Positions 8,418-16,934 of a stretch of 64,000 nt of DNA are shown piece by piece. A program made the position numbers and the translations under genes. The notes under the pieces were generated by a model. That model was not told the DNA's origin and did not search any database. It saw only the letters and a program-made list of their open reading frames with translations. This DNA comes from Candidatus Latescibacterota bacterium (GTDB taxonomy: Bacteria > Latescibacterota > UBA2968), in contig OZ242320.1 in NCBI GenBank assembly GCA_965208125.1, positions 5,248,001 to 5,312,000 on the forward strand, in the 5' to 3' direction. The number at the start of each line of letters is the position of its first letter. The stretch's first letter is position 1.

Positions 8418-9824
8418 CTATCTGAGCTTACGCTCTTCCACTTCAATAACTTCCAATTGCGCCTCTATTGCTGCGTAGTAATCGGGCAGTGGTTCAATCT
8501 CACACAGAATCTCAACACCATACTCCTGACAGTTAGCAAACAGGATCATACCACCTTCACTCGGCTCCTCTGTGTTCCGTATGGTAGCGCGTAGGTCGGC
8601 ATAGAAGCCTCTCGATTCTGAACGCTCGGTCTTTAGTTCCTTAGACGCCATTCTGTAAAATGTAGTTTTTACACTCGGAAAGACCATTCGTTTAAAGAAT
8701 CCCTCCTCAGCCACCTTTGCTGCCACAAGTTCTAAGTGTGGCTTAAAAGATGAGTCTATTGCATCTACTACTGCCCAGTACAGGTGCAGAAATTCGTCCC
8801 GAAAATTGGTAGCAAGCTCCTGAAGCACCTTAACAGCTTTTCGGAGATGCCGCTCCTTGAACCATCCACTGATTCCCTTTCCCGTAAAGATACCGATCAA
8901 GCTACCTAACATGGAGGTTGCAACCGGTATAATAACGGCTGATAAGCCCCCAGTTACGGGAGCCAACGCCAAGCCTGCCCCAAGACCAGCTTGGCCCCCA
9001 ATCCAGCCTCCAGCACCGACAGCAGCCGTGTCAAGCACGGTATGTTCCGCTGCAGTCTTTATATCCAGATCTCCTTTGTGCAACTTATAGATATTCTTAC
9101 TCGCGTTGATCGCTAATGTGATGAAGGGAATGCTGTCAATCCCATCTCCGAGATCGTTTATACCCTCAAATGTAGCCTCAGTGCTTGTTTCTGCTCCCTT
9201 CTCAGAGAGATTAGGATTGATTAGAACTCGGGGGTTGTCGCGAAAGGCATCCGCCATTTCCCGATTTGTGATCACATCAATATCCGGATGCTTGTCGAGA
9301 TGCTCCTGAATGTAACTTGGATTATCTGTAACTTTGACGTTGTATGACTTCCCATCTATTATATGATCCACTCCCTCTGCAGTACCTGACTCGGGGGTTT
9401 CAACGTTACGCCCCATATCTCGATAATAATCGGCCACAGTCTCTTCGCCGGTGTAGCCCTTGTATTTATTGATCATGTCTTCCCAAGTTTCTGATCCAGG
9501 TTCGGACCGAATGATTGTACTTTTCATGAAGTCCATGAGTTCACCAAGATTTTGGAAGTCTTTTGCATGATGTAGATGATCCATCCCTCTCAGAGCTTGG
9601 GGATCCAGCTTCATAGTGTTGTAGAGCACATCGAATACACTCACACCTGTCACAACTGCGCCATCTACCCCTAACTCTCTCGCTACACGCTTCATCAGTG
9701 GCTCATCAACCTTGAGTGTCTGTGTGAGAAAGGCCCGCTGGCGTGACCGACGGATGTATGAGGCTGTGTCAAGTGCGATAATTGCTATACACATAACAGC
9801 TATACTGATGAGAATAACTTCCAT
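8418..9824 (-). CDS. Membrane-anchored hypothetical protein with REase-like motif, glycine zipper and C-terminal helical region
   Basis: N-terminal TM helix; KGYTGEETV...EGVDHIIDGKSYNVK; AVGAGGWIGGQAGLGAG zipper; GAAGGG RBS before ATG 9824. Confidence 0.7.
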   Translation of the reverse strand: MEVILISIAVMCIAIIALDTASYIRRSRQRAFLTQTLKVDEPLMKRVARELGVDGAVVTGVSVFDVLYNTMKLDPQALRGMDHLHHAKDFQNLGELMDFMKSTIIRSEPGSETWEDMINKYKGYTGEETVADYYRDMGRNVETPESGTAEGVDHIIDGKSYNVKVTDNPSYIQEHLDKHPDIDVITNREMADAFRDNPRVLINPNLSEKGAETSTEATFEGINDLGDGIDSIPFITLAINASKNIYKLHKGDLDIKTAAEHTVLDTAAVGAGGWIGGQAGLGAGLALAPVTGGLSAVIIPVATSMLGSLIGIFTGKGISGWFKERHLRKAVKVLQELATNFRDEFLHLYWAVVDAIDSSFKPHLELVAAKVAEEGFFKRMVFPSVKTTFYRMASKELKTERSESRGFYADLRATIRNTEEPSEGGMILFANCQEYGVEILCEIEPLPDYYAAIEAQLEVIEVEERKLR

Positions 9825-10034
9825 ATTAGAATTCCCTTCTTCTAATGTCAGAATGGTAATCAATAGGCCAAATTAAGGATCAGAATAATCTACATCCGGC
9901 TGGGCAAATTGGCAACCGTAGAGTCATAGCGATTATTGTTGCAGAATCTATTGCCCCATTTGCCACACCAACGTATATTGCCCCATCCGCTATCACATTC
10001 ATTCATGTCTGACTCAAATTGGGAAAGAAACCCT

Positions 10035-11147
10035 ATGGACCCCGTACAACTCACGCGCGAATTTGTATCCTTCAACTCCGCCAGCTATTTGAGCAATGTC
10101 GATTGCTCAAATGCCATGGCAGAAAGAATGCGCGAAGCCGGCCTCGCGGTCGAACGCATCCCCTACACAGACCCCAACGGCGTTTCCAAACTGAACCTCG
10201 TCGGCAAGAAGGGTAATGGCCCTGGGGGCCTCGCCCTGATGGGACACAACGACGTCGTCCCCGCCGAAGGTTGGGCCTGGAACCCCTTTGAAGTCGTCGA
10301 AAAGGGATCCCGTATCTACGGACGCGGCGTAGCCGACATGAAAGGTTCGGTCGCCTGTATGATCGCCACGGCAAGCCGTTTCTCCATTGACGAACTCAAA
10401 CAGCCCATCTACGTAGTCGTCACAGGAGATGAAGAAATCAACTGCGGAGGTGCCGATGTCGTCGCCCAAAAATCCGAGGTACTAAAAGAATCCAACGTGC
10501 GCTACGGCATAATTGGCGAACCGACTCTGCTCGACGTGGTACACGCTCATAAAGGATCGGTCAAAATCAGTGTCACAGCCACGGGAAAAGCCACGCACAG
10601 CAGCACGGGAACAGGCATCAATGCCAATCACAAACTCATCCCCTTTCTCAACGACATGCTCGACATAGACCACGAACTTAAAACCAATGAGAAATACCTA
10701 AACCACGCCTTCACGCCCCCACACGCCACCCTCAACACCGTTATACACGGAGGGGAACAAGCATCGAACATCACCACGCCAGAAAGCGGGGCAACCCTCA
10801 ACATGCGCCCCATGCCGGGACAGGATTTTGCGCCTCTGCTCAATAAAATCAGAACACTGGCTGAAAAACGCGGGGTACACGTCGATATCTACGATGGACT
10901 CGCCCCACTCCACACCCCGGTAGAATCTCGCATCGTGCAAGAAGCCCTCTCTATCACAAACAAGCGCGAACCCAAAACCGTAGCCTACGGAACCGACGGC
11001 ATGATCTTTGGCAAAACCATGGAACTCGTCGTACTCGGTCCCGGCAATATCCAACAAGCACACACCATTGACGAATGGATCGAAATCGAACAACTCCACC
11101 AAGCTGTGGATACCTTCTCGGAAATGGTGCGGCGATTTTGTAGTTAA
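10035..11147 (+). CDS. argE: Acetylornithine deacetylase-like M20 peptidase
   Basis: GHNDVVP, YGRGVADMKG, GDEE, IIGEPT and QAHTIDEW motifs. Confidence 0.8.
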   Translation: MDPVQLTREFVSFNSASYLSNVDCSNAMAERMREAGLAVERIPYTDPNGVSKLNLVGKKGNGPGGLALMGHNDVVPAEGWAWNPFEVVEKGSRIYGRGVADMKGSVACMIATASRFSIDELKQPIYVVVTGDEEINCGGADVVAQKSEVLKESNVRYGIIGEPTLLDVVHAHKGSVKISVTATGKATHSSTGTGINANHKLIPFLNDMLDIDHELKTNEKYLNHAFTPPHATLNTVIHGGEQASNITTPESGATLNMRPMPGQDFAPLLNKIRTLAEKRGVHVDIYDGLAPLHTPVESRIVQEALSITNKREPKTVAYGTDGMIFGKTMELVVLGPGNIQQAHTIDEWIEIEQLHQAVDTFSEMVRRFCS

Positions 11148-11343
11148 GCGGTCATAATTTCGCAACTGCGGTTGACTTCGAGTTGGGACTTACGTAGATT
11201 TATTTTTTTCATGTGAAGATAAGTGAGACCTGACGGATGAATTAAAAAAACAAGCCAAAGGGAAACACCAATTTGAATAATTCGACTTGCCCAGTCAGCA
11301 CTCAATCACTGGCTAAAACTCGAGTGCTGAAAGGATCCCCACT

Positions 11344-11610
11344 ATGAACATGCCAACATTCGAAAGCCGTGTTGCAACCCTGGAAGCTATCCAAGCACAA
11401 ATCAATGAACGCTTGAATAGTATTGACAATCGCTTGAACGGCATTGAAAATCGTCAGGACAATCGTTTCAATAGCATGGACAATCGCTTGACAGGAATTG
11501 AAACCCGCATCAATAGCAATTTCAAATGGATTATGGGCTTGTTGATCACAGTCTTGCTTGCCAACATCGGCACGGCTATCACCATCGTCTTGACACTTGC
11601 CAAACCTTGA
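11344..11610 (+). CDS. Small coiled-coil protein with C-terminal TM helix (88 aa)
   Basis: Heptad-like repeats RLNSIDN/RLNGIEN/RFNSMDN/RLTGIET, then hydrophobic helix; AAGGA RBS. Confidence 0.75.
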   Translation: MNMPTFESRVATLEAIQAQINERLNSIDNRLNGIENRQDNRFNSMDNRLTGIETRINSNFKWIMGLLITVLLANIGTAITIVLTLAKP

Positions 11611-11626
11611 TCCACTTCCGCATAAC

Positions 11627-11664
11627 AAAAAATCCCCGCGATTTTTCAATCGCGGGGATTTTTT
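11627..11664. terminator. Bidirectional intrinsic terminator
   Basis: AAAAAATCCCCGCGATT / AATCGCGGGGATTTTTT perfect inverted repeat. Confidence 0.85.
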
Positions 11665-11690
11665 ATGTGTAATCGGATTGGCGTAAATCT

Positions 11691-11963
11691 CTACCCACCC
11701 GCAATCGACGTCACAAAATGAACCTCACTATCGGGAGGTATCTGTGTCCGCAACCCCTCTTCGGTGACAACGCCATCAATCGCAACAGCCAGTCCAGGTG
11801 CAATCCGATAATCCTCGTACACCACCCGATCTTTAATACCGGGAAATTGTGCATCCAGGTTTTCGATCACCTCGCGCAAGGTATTGCCACCAACAACCAC
11901 CTTCTCCTGGCCATCGGTCAATTTTCGCATCAGCGAAGGAATCCACACTTCAGGCATAGTCAA
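11691..11963 (-). CDS. MoaD/ThiS family sulfur-carrier (ubiquitin-like)
   Basis: 90 aa ending SIAGG. Confidence 0.85.
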   Translation of the reverse strand: MTMPEVWIPSLMRKLTDGQEKVVVGGNTLREVIENLDAQFPGIKDRVVYEDYRIAPGLAVAIDGVVTEEGLRTQIPPDSEVHFVTSIAGG

Positions 11964-11995
11964 ACTCCTGTGTCTCTGGCCCTCAGATCAGCGGA

Positions 11996-14296
11996 TCAGG
12001 CCGAGCCGTTTCCACCGTTTTTATCCCACCAGGCTTCCAACACGCGCGGGGGCGACATGGGCAACTCTGTCAGACGCAGGCCAATGGCATCGTAAATCGC
12101 ATTGGCAACCGCTGCTGTGGGTGGCACAATCGGCACCTCTCCCACCCCGCGCACGCCATAGGGATGCCCCGGATTGGGAACCTCGACAATATGCGCATCA
12201 ATCATCGGCAAATCCAAACACGTTGGCATCCGATAATCCAATAAGCTGCTATTCCGCAAAATGCCATCTTCATCATACACATACTCTTCGTTGAGCGCCC
12301 AACCAATCGCCTGCGCCACGCCGCCCTGCATCTGCCCCTCCACATAGGGCGGATAAATCGCTTTCCCCGCATCCTGGAAAATCGACGCGCGCAAAATATC
12401 GACCTTACCCGTATCCGGATCGACCTCCACATCCACAATCGCCACCGCATAAGCCCCTCCAACACCTGTGGGTTTTGCCGTGGCGCGCCCCATCACCGGC
12501 CCGCCCGTTGAATCGAGCTTGGCCGCCAAATCCTTAAACGTAATCGACTTCGATGGATCGGACTTCGAGCGGAACACAGCCTGATCGAACTCGACATCGT
12601 CCTCGGAAATCTCCCACAGAATCGCCGCACGCGCCATCATCTGCTCTTTGATATCCTGCGCGCATTTATAAGCCGCCCAACCCGTCGCAAATGTCGTGCG
12701 CGAACCACCCGTCACACCCGTATAGCCAATCGAATCCGTATCGCCCACCTGCGGACGAACCTGCTGTTCCGAAATACCCAGCACTTCGGCCATCTGCATC
12801 GCAACCGATGTGCGCGTGCCCCCAATATCTGTTGACCCCTCCACCAGATTGATCGTGCCATCGTCATTCACACTCGCAGCCGCACTCGAAACACCGCCTC
12901 CATTGCCCCAAAAACCAGACGCCACACCGCGACCGCGATATTTTCCATTGAGCGCCGTCTGATAGTGGTCAGAAGAGACCGCAGCGCGAACGCATTCCTC
13001 GTGCCCAATGCGTTTGTTCACGGGACCATCTGCGCGGCGTGTGCCTTCTTTTGCAGAATTGCTCAACCGAAAATCCAGCGGATCGACCCCCAATTTCTCG
13101 GCGAGTTCATCCACCACGGTTTCAACGGCAAAAGCCGCATTCGTCGTGCCCGGCGCGCGATAGGCCGAAGAGGAAGGTTTGTTGTTCACCACATCATAAC
13201 CATCCACCAGAACATGTGGAATCACATAAGGTGCCAGCATATTGCGCGCGCCCGCGCCCACGGGACTACCGGAAAAAGCCCCCGCCTCATAGACCAGTTC
13301 GCTCTCGGCAGCGACGAGCTTGCCGTCATTGGTCGCGCCCATCTTCACCCGAATCCACGAACCCGACGTCGGGCCAGTCGCCTGCAAAACCTCGGTGCGG
13401 GTCATAATCATTTTTACCGGATGCCCGGTCTTTCTCGACAACAGCGCGGCAATCGGTTCCAAATACGCTTTGATCTTGCCGCCAAATCCCCCACCAATCT
13501 CCAGGGGCACAACCTTAATTTGCGACACGGGAATGCCCAAAATTCTCGCAGTCTGATCCCGCACGCCAAACGCACCCTGATTGCTGCACCAGATCGTCAC
13601 CACGCCATCGGCATTCCACAACACCGTGGCATTCTGCGGCTCAATATAGCCCTGATGCACCATATCCGTGAGAAACTCGCGCTCCACGATCACATCCGAT
13701 TCGGCAAATCCCTGTTCGATATCGCCCAATTCCGTGCGAAAATGCGACGCCACATTGCTGAAATTCTCGCTCCTCTCACCCATCGAATTGGTTCTCTGAT
13801 CTTCATGTACCAGAGGCGCATCGTCCTTCATCGCCTCCCGTACATCCAGCACATGGGGCAACACCTCGTATTCGACCTCAATCAAATCCAGTGCTTCTTC
13901 GGCAATATGGACATTAGTCGCCGCCACCGCCGCCACGGGATACCCCTGATAGAGCACCTTTTCGCGTGCCAGTACTGCCGCACACATATCCTTAACCCGC
14001 ACCACCTCTTCGCCCAAATCGGCCAACTGCTCCTCGGCATTGAGTGCCAAATCCTGCCCGGTAACAACCGCGCGCACGCCTTCAAGCGCTTCGGCCTTGC
14101 TCATATCAATCGACTTAATTCGAGCGTGCGCATGCGGGCTTCGCAAAACTCTGGCATGCAACATATCGGGCAAATTGAGGTCCGTACCGTAAATCGCCCT
14201 GCCCGTCACCTTATCCGCGCCATCGTGCCGCACTGGTCGCGTCCCCACGACCTTATAATCCGTAATGCCCAAATAATCTTCCTGTGGAATTGCCAT
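11996..14296 (-). CDS. Xanthine/CO dehydrogenase family molybdopterin-binding subunit
   Basis: DGADKVTGRAIY, IGGGFGGK, AYRAPG, VEGQMQGG and RGVGE motifs. Confidence 0.92.
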   Translation of the reverse strand: MAIPQEDYLGITDYKVVGTRPVRHDGADKVTGRAIYGTDLNLPDMLHARVLRSPHAHARIKSIDMSKAEALEGVRAVVTGQDLALNAEEQLADLGEEVVRVKDMCAAVLAREKVLYQGYPVAAVAATNVHIAEEALDLIEVEYEVLPHVLDVREAMKDDAPLVHEDQRTNSMGERSENFSNVASHFRTELGDIEQGFAESDVIVEREFLTDMVHQGYIEPQNATVLWNADGVVTIWCSNQGAFGVRDQTARILGIPVSQIKVVPLEIGGGFGGKIKAYLEPIAALLSRKTGHPVKMIMTRTEVLQATGPTSGSWIRVKMGATNDGKLVAAESELVYEAGAFSGSPVGAGARNMLAPYVIPHVLVDGYDVVNNKPSSSAYRAPGTTNAAFAVETVVDELAEKLGVDPLDFRLSNSAKEGTRRADGPVNKRIGHEECVRAAVSSDHYQTALNGKYRGRGVASGFWGNGGGVSSAAASVNDDGTINLVEGSTDIGGTRTSVAMQMAEVLGISEQQVRPQVGDTDSIGYTGVTGGSRTTFATGWAAYKCAQDIKEQMMARAAILWEISEDDVEFDQAVFRSKSDPSKSITFKDLAAKLDSTGGPVMGRATAKPTGVGGAYAVAIVDVEVDPDTGKVDILRASIFQDAGKAIYPPYVEGQMQGGVAQAIGWALNEEYVYDEDGILRNSSLLDYRMPTCLDLPMIDAHIVEVPNPGHPYGVRGVGEVPIVPPTAAVANAIYDAIGLRLTELPMSPPRVLEAWWDKNGGNGSA

Positions 14297-14376
14297 TTAT
14301 TCCTCCTGTAATAGTTTGTTTGTATCAGAAATCCAAAAAAAAATAATTAAGACCGCGCCCCCTGTCCAGTCTTTAA

Positions 14377-15276
14377 TTACGCGTCGCTGATCTTGATACC
14401 TGATAGGGTCTCAATAGTCTTTGTCACGGCTGAAAAATCGAGTGCGCCAGCACCCAGGCTACTGGCGGCCGCATACATCTGATAAGCCACAGCCCCCAGC
14501 GGCACGGGCACATTCATTGCGCGGCCCATCTCCACGCCAATACCGATATCCTTCTTCATCAAATCGAGCATAAATCCCGGCGCGTACTCATCCTTGAATA
14601 CAAAATCTGCAACACGCGCCTGAAAAGCCGACGAATCGCCCGAACTCACGCTAATTACCTGCCGCATCACCTCGGGATCAGCACCCGCTTTAACGCCCAG
14701 TGTAAGCCCCTCTGCAATCGCCGCCATCGTAATACCGCCGAGCAACTGATTGACAATTTTAACCGTTTGCCCCACCCCAACATCACCCACATGAAAAATA
14801 TTCTCGCTATTGCCCATCGCGTCAAAAATCCCCTGACAACGATCAAAATCGGCCTTTGCCCCGCCCGCAATAATAGTCAGCGTACCGTTAATCGCCCCAA
14901 TATCGCCACCACTCACTGGCGCATCCATCACGCGAACCCCTTTTTGCGATGCCTGTTCTGCCACATCCTGAATCGTCAACGGCGAAATCGTACTCATATC
15001 CACAATGAGATCGCCTTCTGACGCCCCGGCCAAAACCCCCTGATCGCCCAAAATGACCTCGCGCACCTCGGGATCAGCCGTCACAATCGTAATAATAATA
15101 TCCGTTGCCTCGCCCACCGCCTGTGACGAAGACACATAAGTCGCCCCCGCGCCCTCCATCTCGGCCACAATCTCATCTCGCCGAGCATAAAATGTCACAT
15201 CAAAACCCGCCTTCAATAGATTGTGGCACATAGGCTTGCCCATAATTCCCAAACCGACAAATCCAATCTTGTCCAT
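14377..15276 (-). CDS. NAD(P)-dependent beta-hydroxyacid dehydrogenase (GarR/MmsB family)
   Basis: IGFVGLGIMG, DAPVSGG, KIVNQ and LMKKD motifs. Confidence 0.9.
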   Translation of the reverse strand: MDKIGFVGLGIMGKPMCHNLLKAGFDVTFYARRDEIVAEMEGAGATYVSSSQAVGEATDIIITIVTADPEVREVILGDQGVLAGASEGDLIVDMSTISPLTIQDVAEQASQKGVRVMDAPVSGGDIGAINGTLTIIAGGAKADFDRCQGIFDAMGNSENIFHVGDVGVGQTVKIVNQLLGGITMAAIAEGLTLGVKAGADPEVMRQVISVSSGDSSAFQARVADFVFKDEYAPGFMLDLMKKDIGIGVEMGRAMNVPVPLGAVAYQMYAAASSLGAGALDFSAVTKTIETLSGIKISDA

Positions 15277-15313
15277 CTTGCTACTCCTTCCCTGGTAAAA
15301 CATCTATTTGTCT

Positions 15314-15342
15314 TTGACAACTGAAATACTTCGATATAATAT
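15314..15342 (+). promoter_or_regulatory. Putative sigma-70 promoter for the FGGY kinase
   Basis: TTGACA at 15314; TATAATAT region at 15335-15342. Confidence 0.55.
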
Positions 15343-15380
15343 AACCTCAACCTACCCTATCATCCAATAAAGAGCCAGCC

Positions 15381-16934
15381 ATGAACACAAAAACATCCTC
15401 CGACCCTTTACTCGTCGGCATCGACGTTGGAACCACCAACATCAAAGCCTTGATCTTTGATCCTCGAGGTCGCGAAATCGCCCGCGCACAGGCCAAAACG
15501 CCCACGCATCATCCACAGCCAGAATGGGCGTATTACAAACCCGATGAACTCTGGAAAACCGTGAGCAACGTCCTGAAAGATACTGTTGCACAAATCGACA
15601 ACCCCGCCAACATCGCGGGCATAGCCACCGCGAGCATTGGAGAAACAGGCGTCCCAATCGACAGGAGCGGAAATCCAACCGGTCATGCAATTGCGTGGTT
15701 TGACCAGCGCACCCGCCCGCAATGCGAGCAATTGCAAAAAATCTTTGATAGAGACGAACTCTTCTCGCTTACAGGGCTTCCACTACAACCCATTTCCAGC
15801 CTGTGCAAAATCCTCTGGATACGCGAACATCAGCCCGAAGCCTTTGCGCGAACCGCCACCTGGCTCAACACTGCCGATTATATTGCTTTCCGATTATCGG
15901 GCATACCCGCCACCGACTATTCGCTCGCCTCTCGCACCCTTGCTTTTGACCTCCACAGGCGGCAATGGGCAAACGACATCCTCAGTGAAGTCCGTCTTTC
16001 CTCAAATCTCTTCGCACCGCTTTGCAATGCAGGAACAGACCTGGGCACCATTCTTCCCGACATCGCACGCGAAATCGGCTTGCCCCTGCACACGCGAATA
16101 TGCGCTGGTGGACACGATCATATTTGCGGCGCACTTGCCGTTGGCGTTACAGAACCGGGAACAATGCTCAATTCTCTGGGCACCGCAGAAGCCATGTGCC
16201 TGCCCATTTCTCAGCCGCTTACAGACCCGCAAATAGGCCGCCAAAACTTCACCATAGGCGCGCACGTCGCACCCGACCAATATTACTTCCTCGGCGGATT
16301 GTTTACAAGCGGTGCGAGCATCGAGTGGTTCCGCAGTTTATTTGGCGAAAATGCGGACTATAACACCTTAATTTCCGAAGCGAGCGAATCGCCCCCTGGT
16401 AGTCTGGGTGTTGGCTTTCTCCCACAACTGCGCTTTACCAACCCACCCCATGCAGAAGCCATAGCACGCGGAACATTTATTGGCCTGACCCCCGATGCCA
16501 ACCGAGGTACGCTCTTTCGCGCAATCCTCGAAGGTCTATCTCTGGAAATGCGCCATATTATCGACTCGTCCAAATCTTATCCGGGCGTGCCCGAAACAAA
16601 AAATATTGTCGCAATCGGCGGAGGTATCCGCAACCAACTCCTCATGCAAATCAAAGCCACTGTTCTGAACCAGCCCATCGCCCTCGCTGAAATGGATGAA
16701 GCAACAGCCCTGGGCGCGGCAGTACTCGCGGGATTGGGCACAGGAGTTTACGCGGACGTCGCCGATGCCCTGCATACTCTCGACATTCCCATGCAGACCA
16801 TTCTCCCCATACCCGAACAGGTCGCGCTCTACAACAGAATTTACAACCGCGTACACAAACAAATTTACCCGGCAGTACAAGACCTGCACCAGCAGATTGA
16901 CCAGATCCAGATGAGAAATACAACGGTCAGATAA
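15381..16934 (+). CDS. FGGY family carbohydrate kinase
   Basis: GIDVGTTNIK, AIAWFDQRT, GGHDH, SLGT and EATALGAA motifs. Confidence 0.9.
   Translation: MNTKTSSDPLLVGIDVGTTNIKALIFDPRGREIARAQAKTPTHHPQPEWAYYKPDELWKTVSNVLKDTVAQIDNPANIAGIATASIGETGVPIDRSGNPTGHAIAWFDQRTRPQCEQLQKIFDRDELFSLTGLPLQPISSLCKILWIREHQPEAFARTATWLNTADYIAFRLSGIPATDYSLASRTLAFDLHRRQWANDILSEVRLSSNLFAPLCNAGTDLGTILPDIAREIGLPLHTRICAGGHDHICGALAVGVTEPGTMLNSLGTAEAMCLPISQPLTDPQIGRQNFTIGAHVAPDQYYFLGGLFTSGASIEWFRSLFGENADYNTLISEASESPPGSLGVGFLPQLRFTNPPHAEAIARGTFIGLTPDANRGTLFRAILEGLSLEMRHIIDSSKSYPGVPETKNIVAIGGGIRNQLLMQIKATVLNQPIALAEMDEATALGAAVLAGLGTGVYADVADALHTLDIPMQTILPIPEQVALYNRIYNRVHKQIYPAVQDLHQQIDQIQMRNTTVR

Noticed and set aside
11295-11330. 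Canonical CIRCE operator
   Set aside because: The spacer is 18 nt rather than 9 and the downstream gene is not a chaperone; kept only as a structural finding
11996-14296. Aerobic CO dehydrogenase CoxL
   Set aside because: The active-site loop is AYRAPG, not AYXCSFR
12965-14311. 448-aa plus-strand ORF
   Set aside because: Antisense shadow of the Mo-hydroxylase gene
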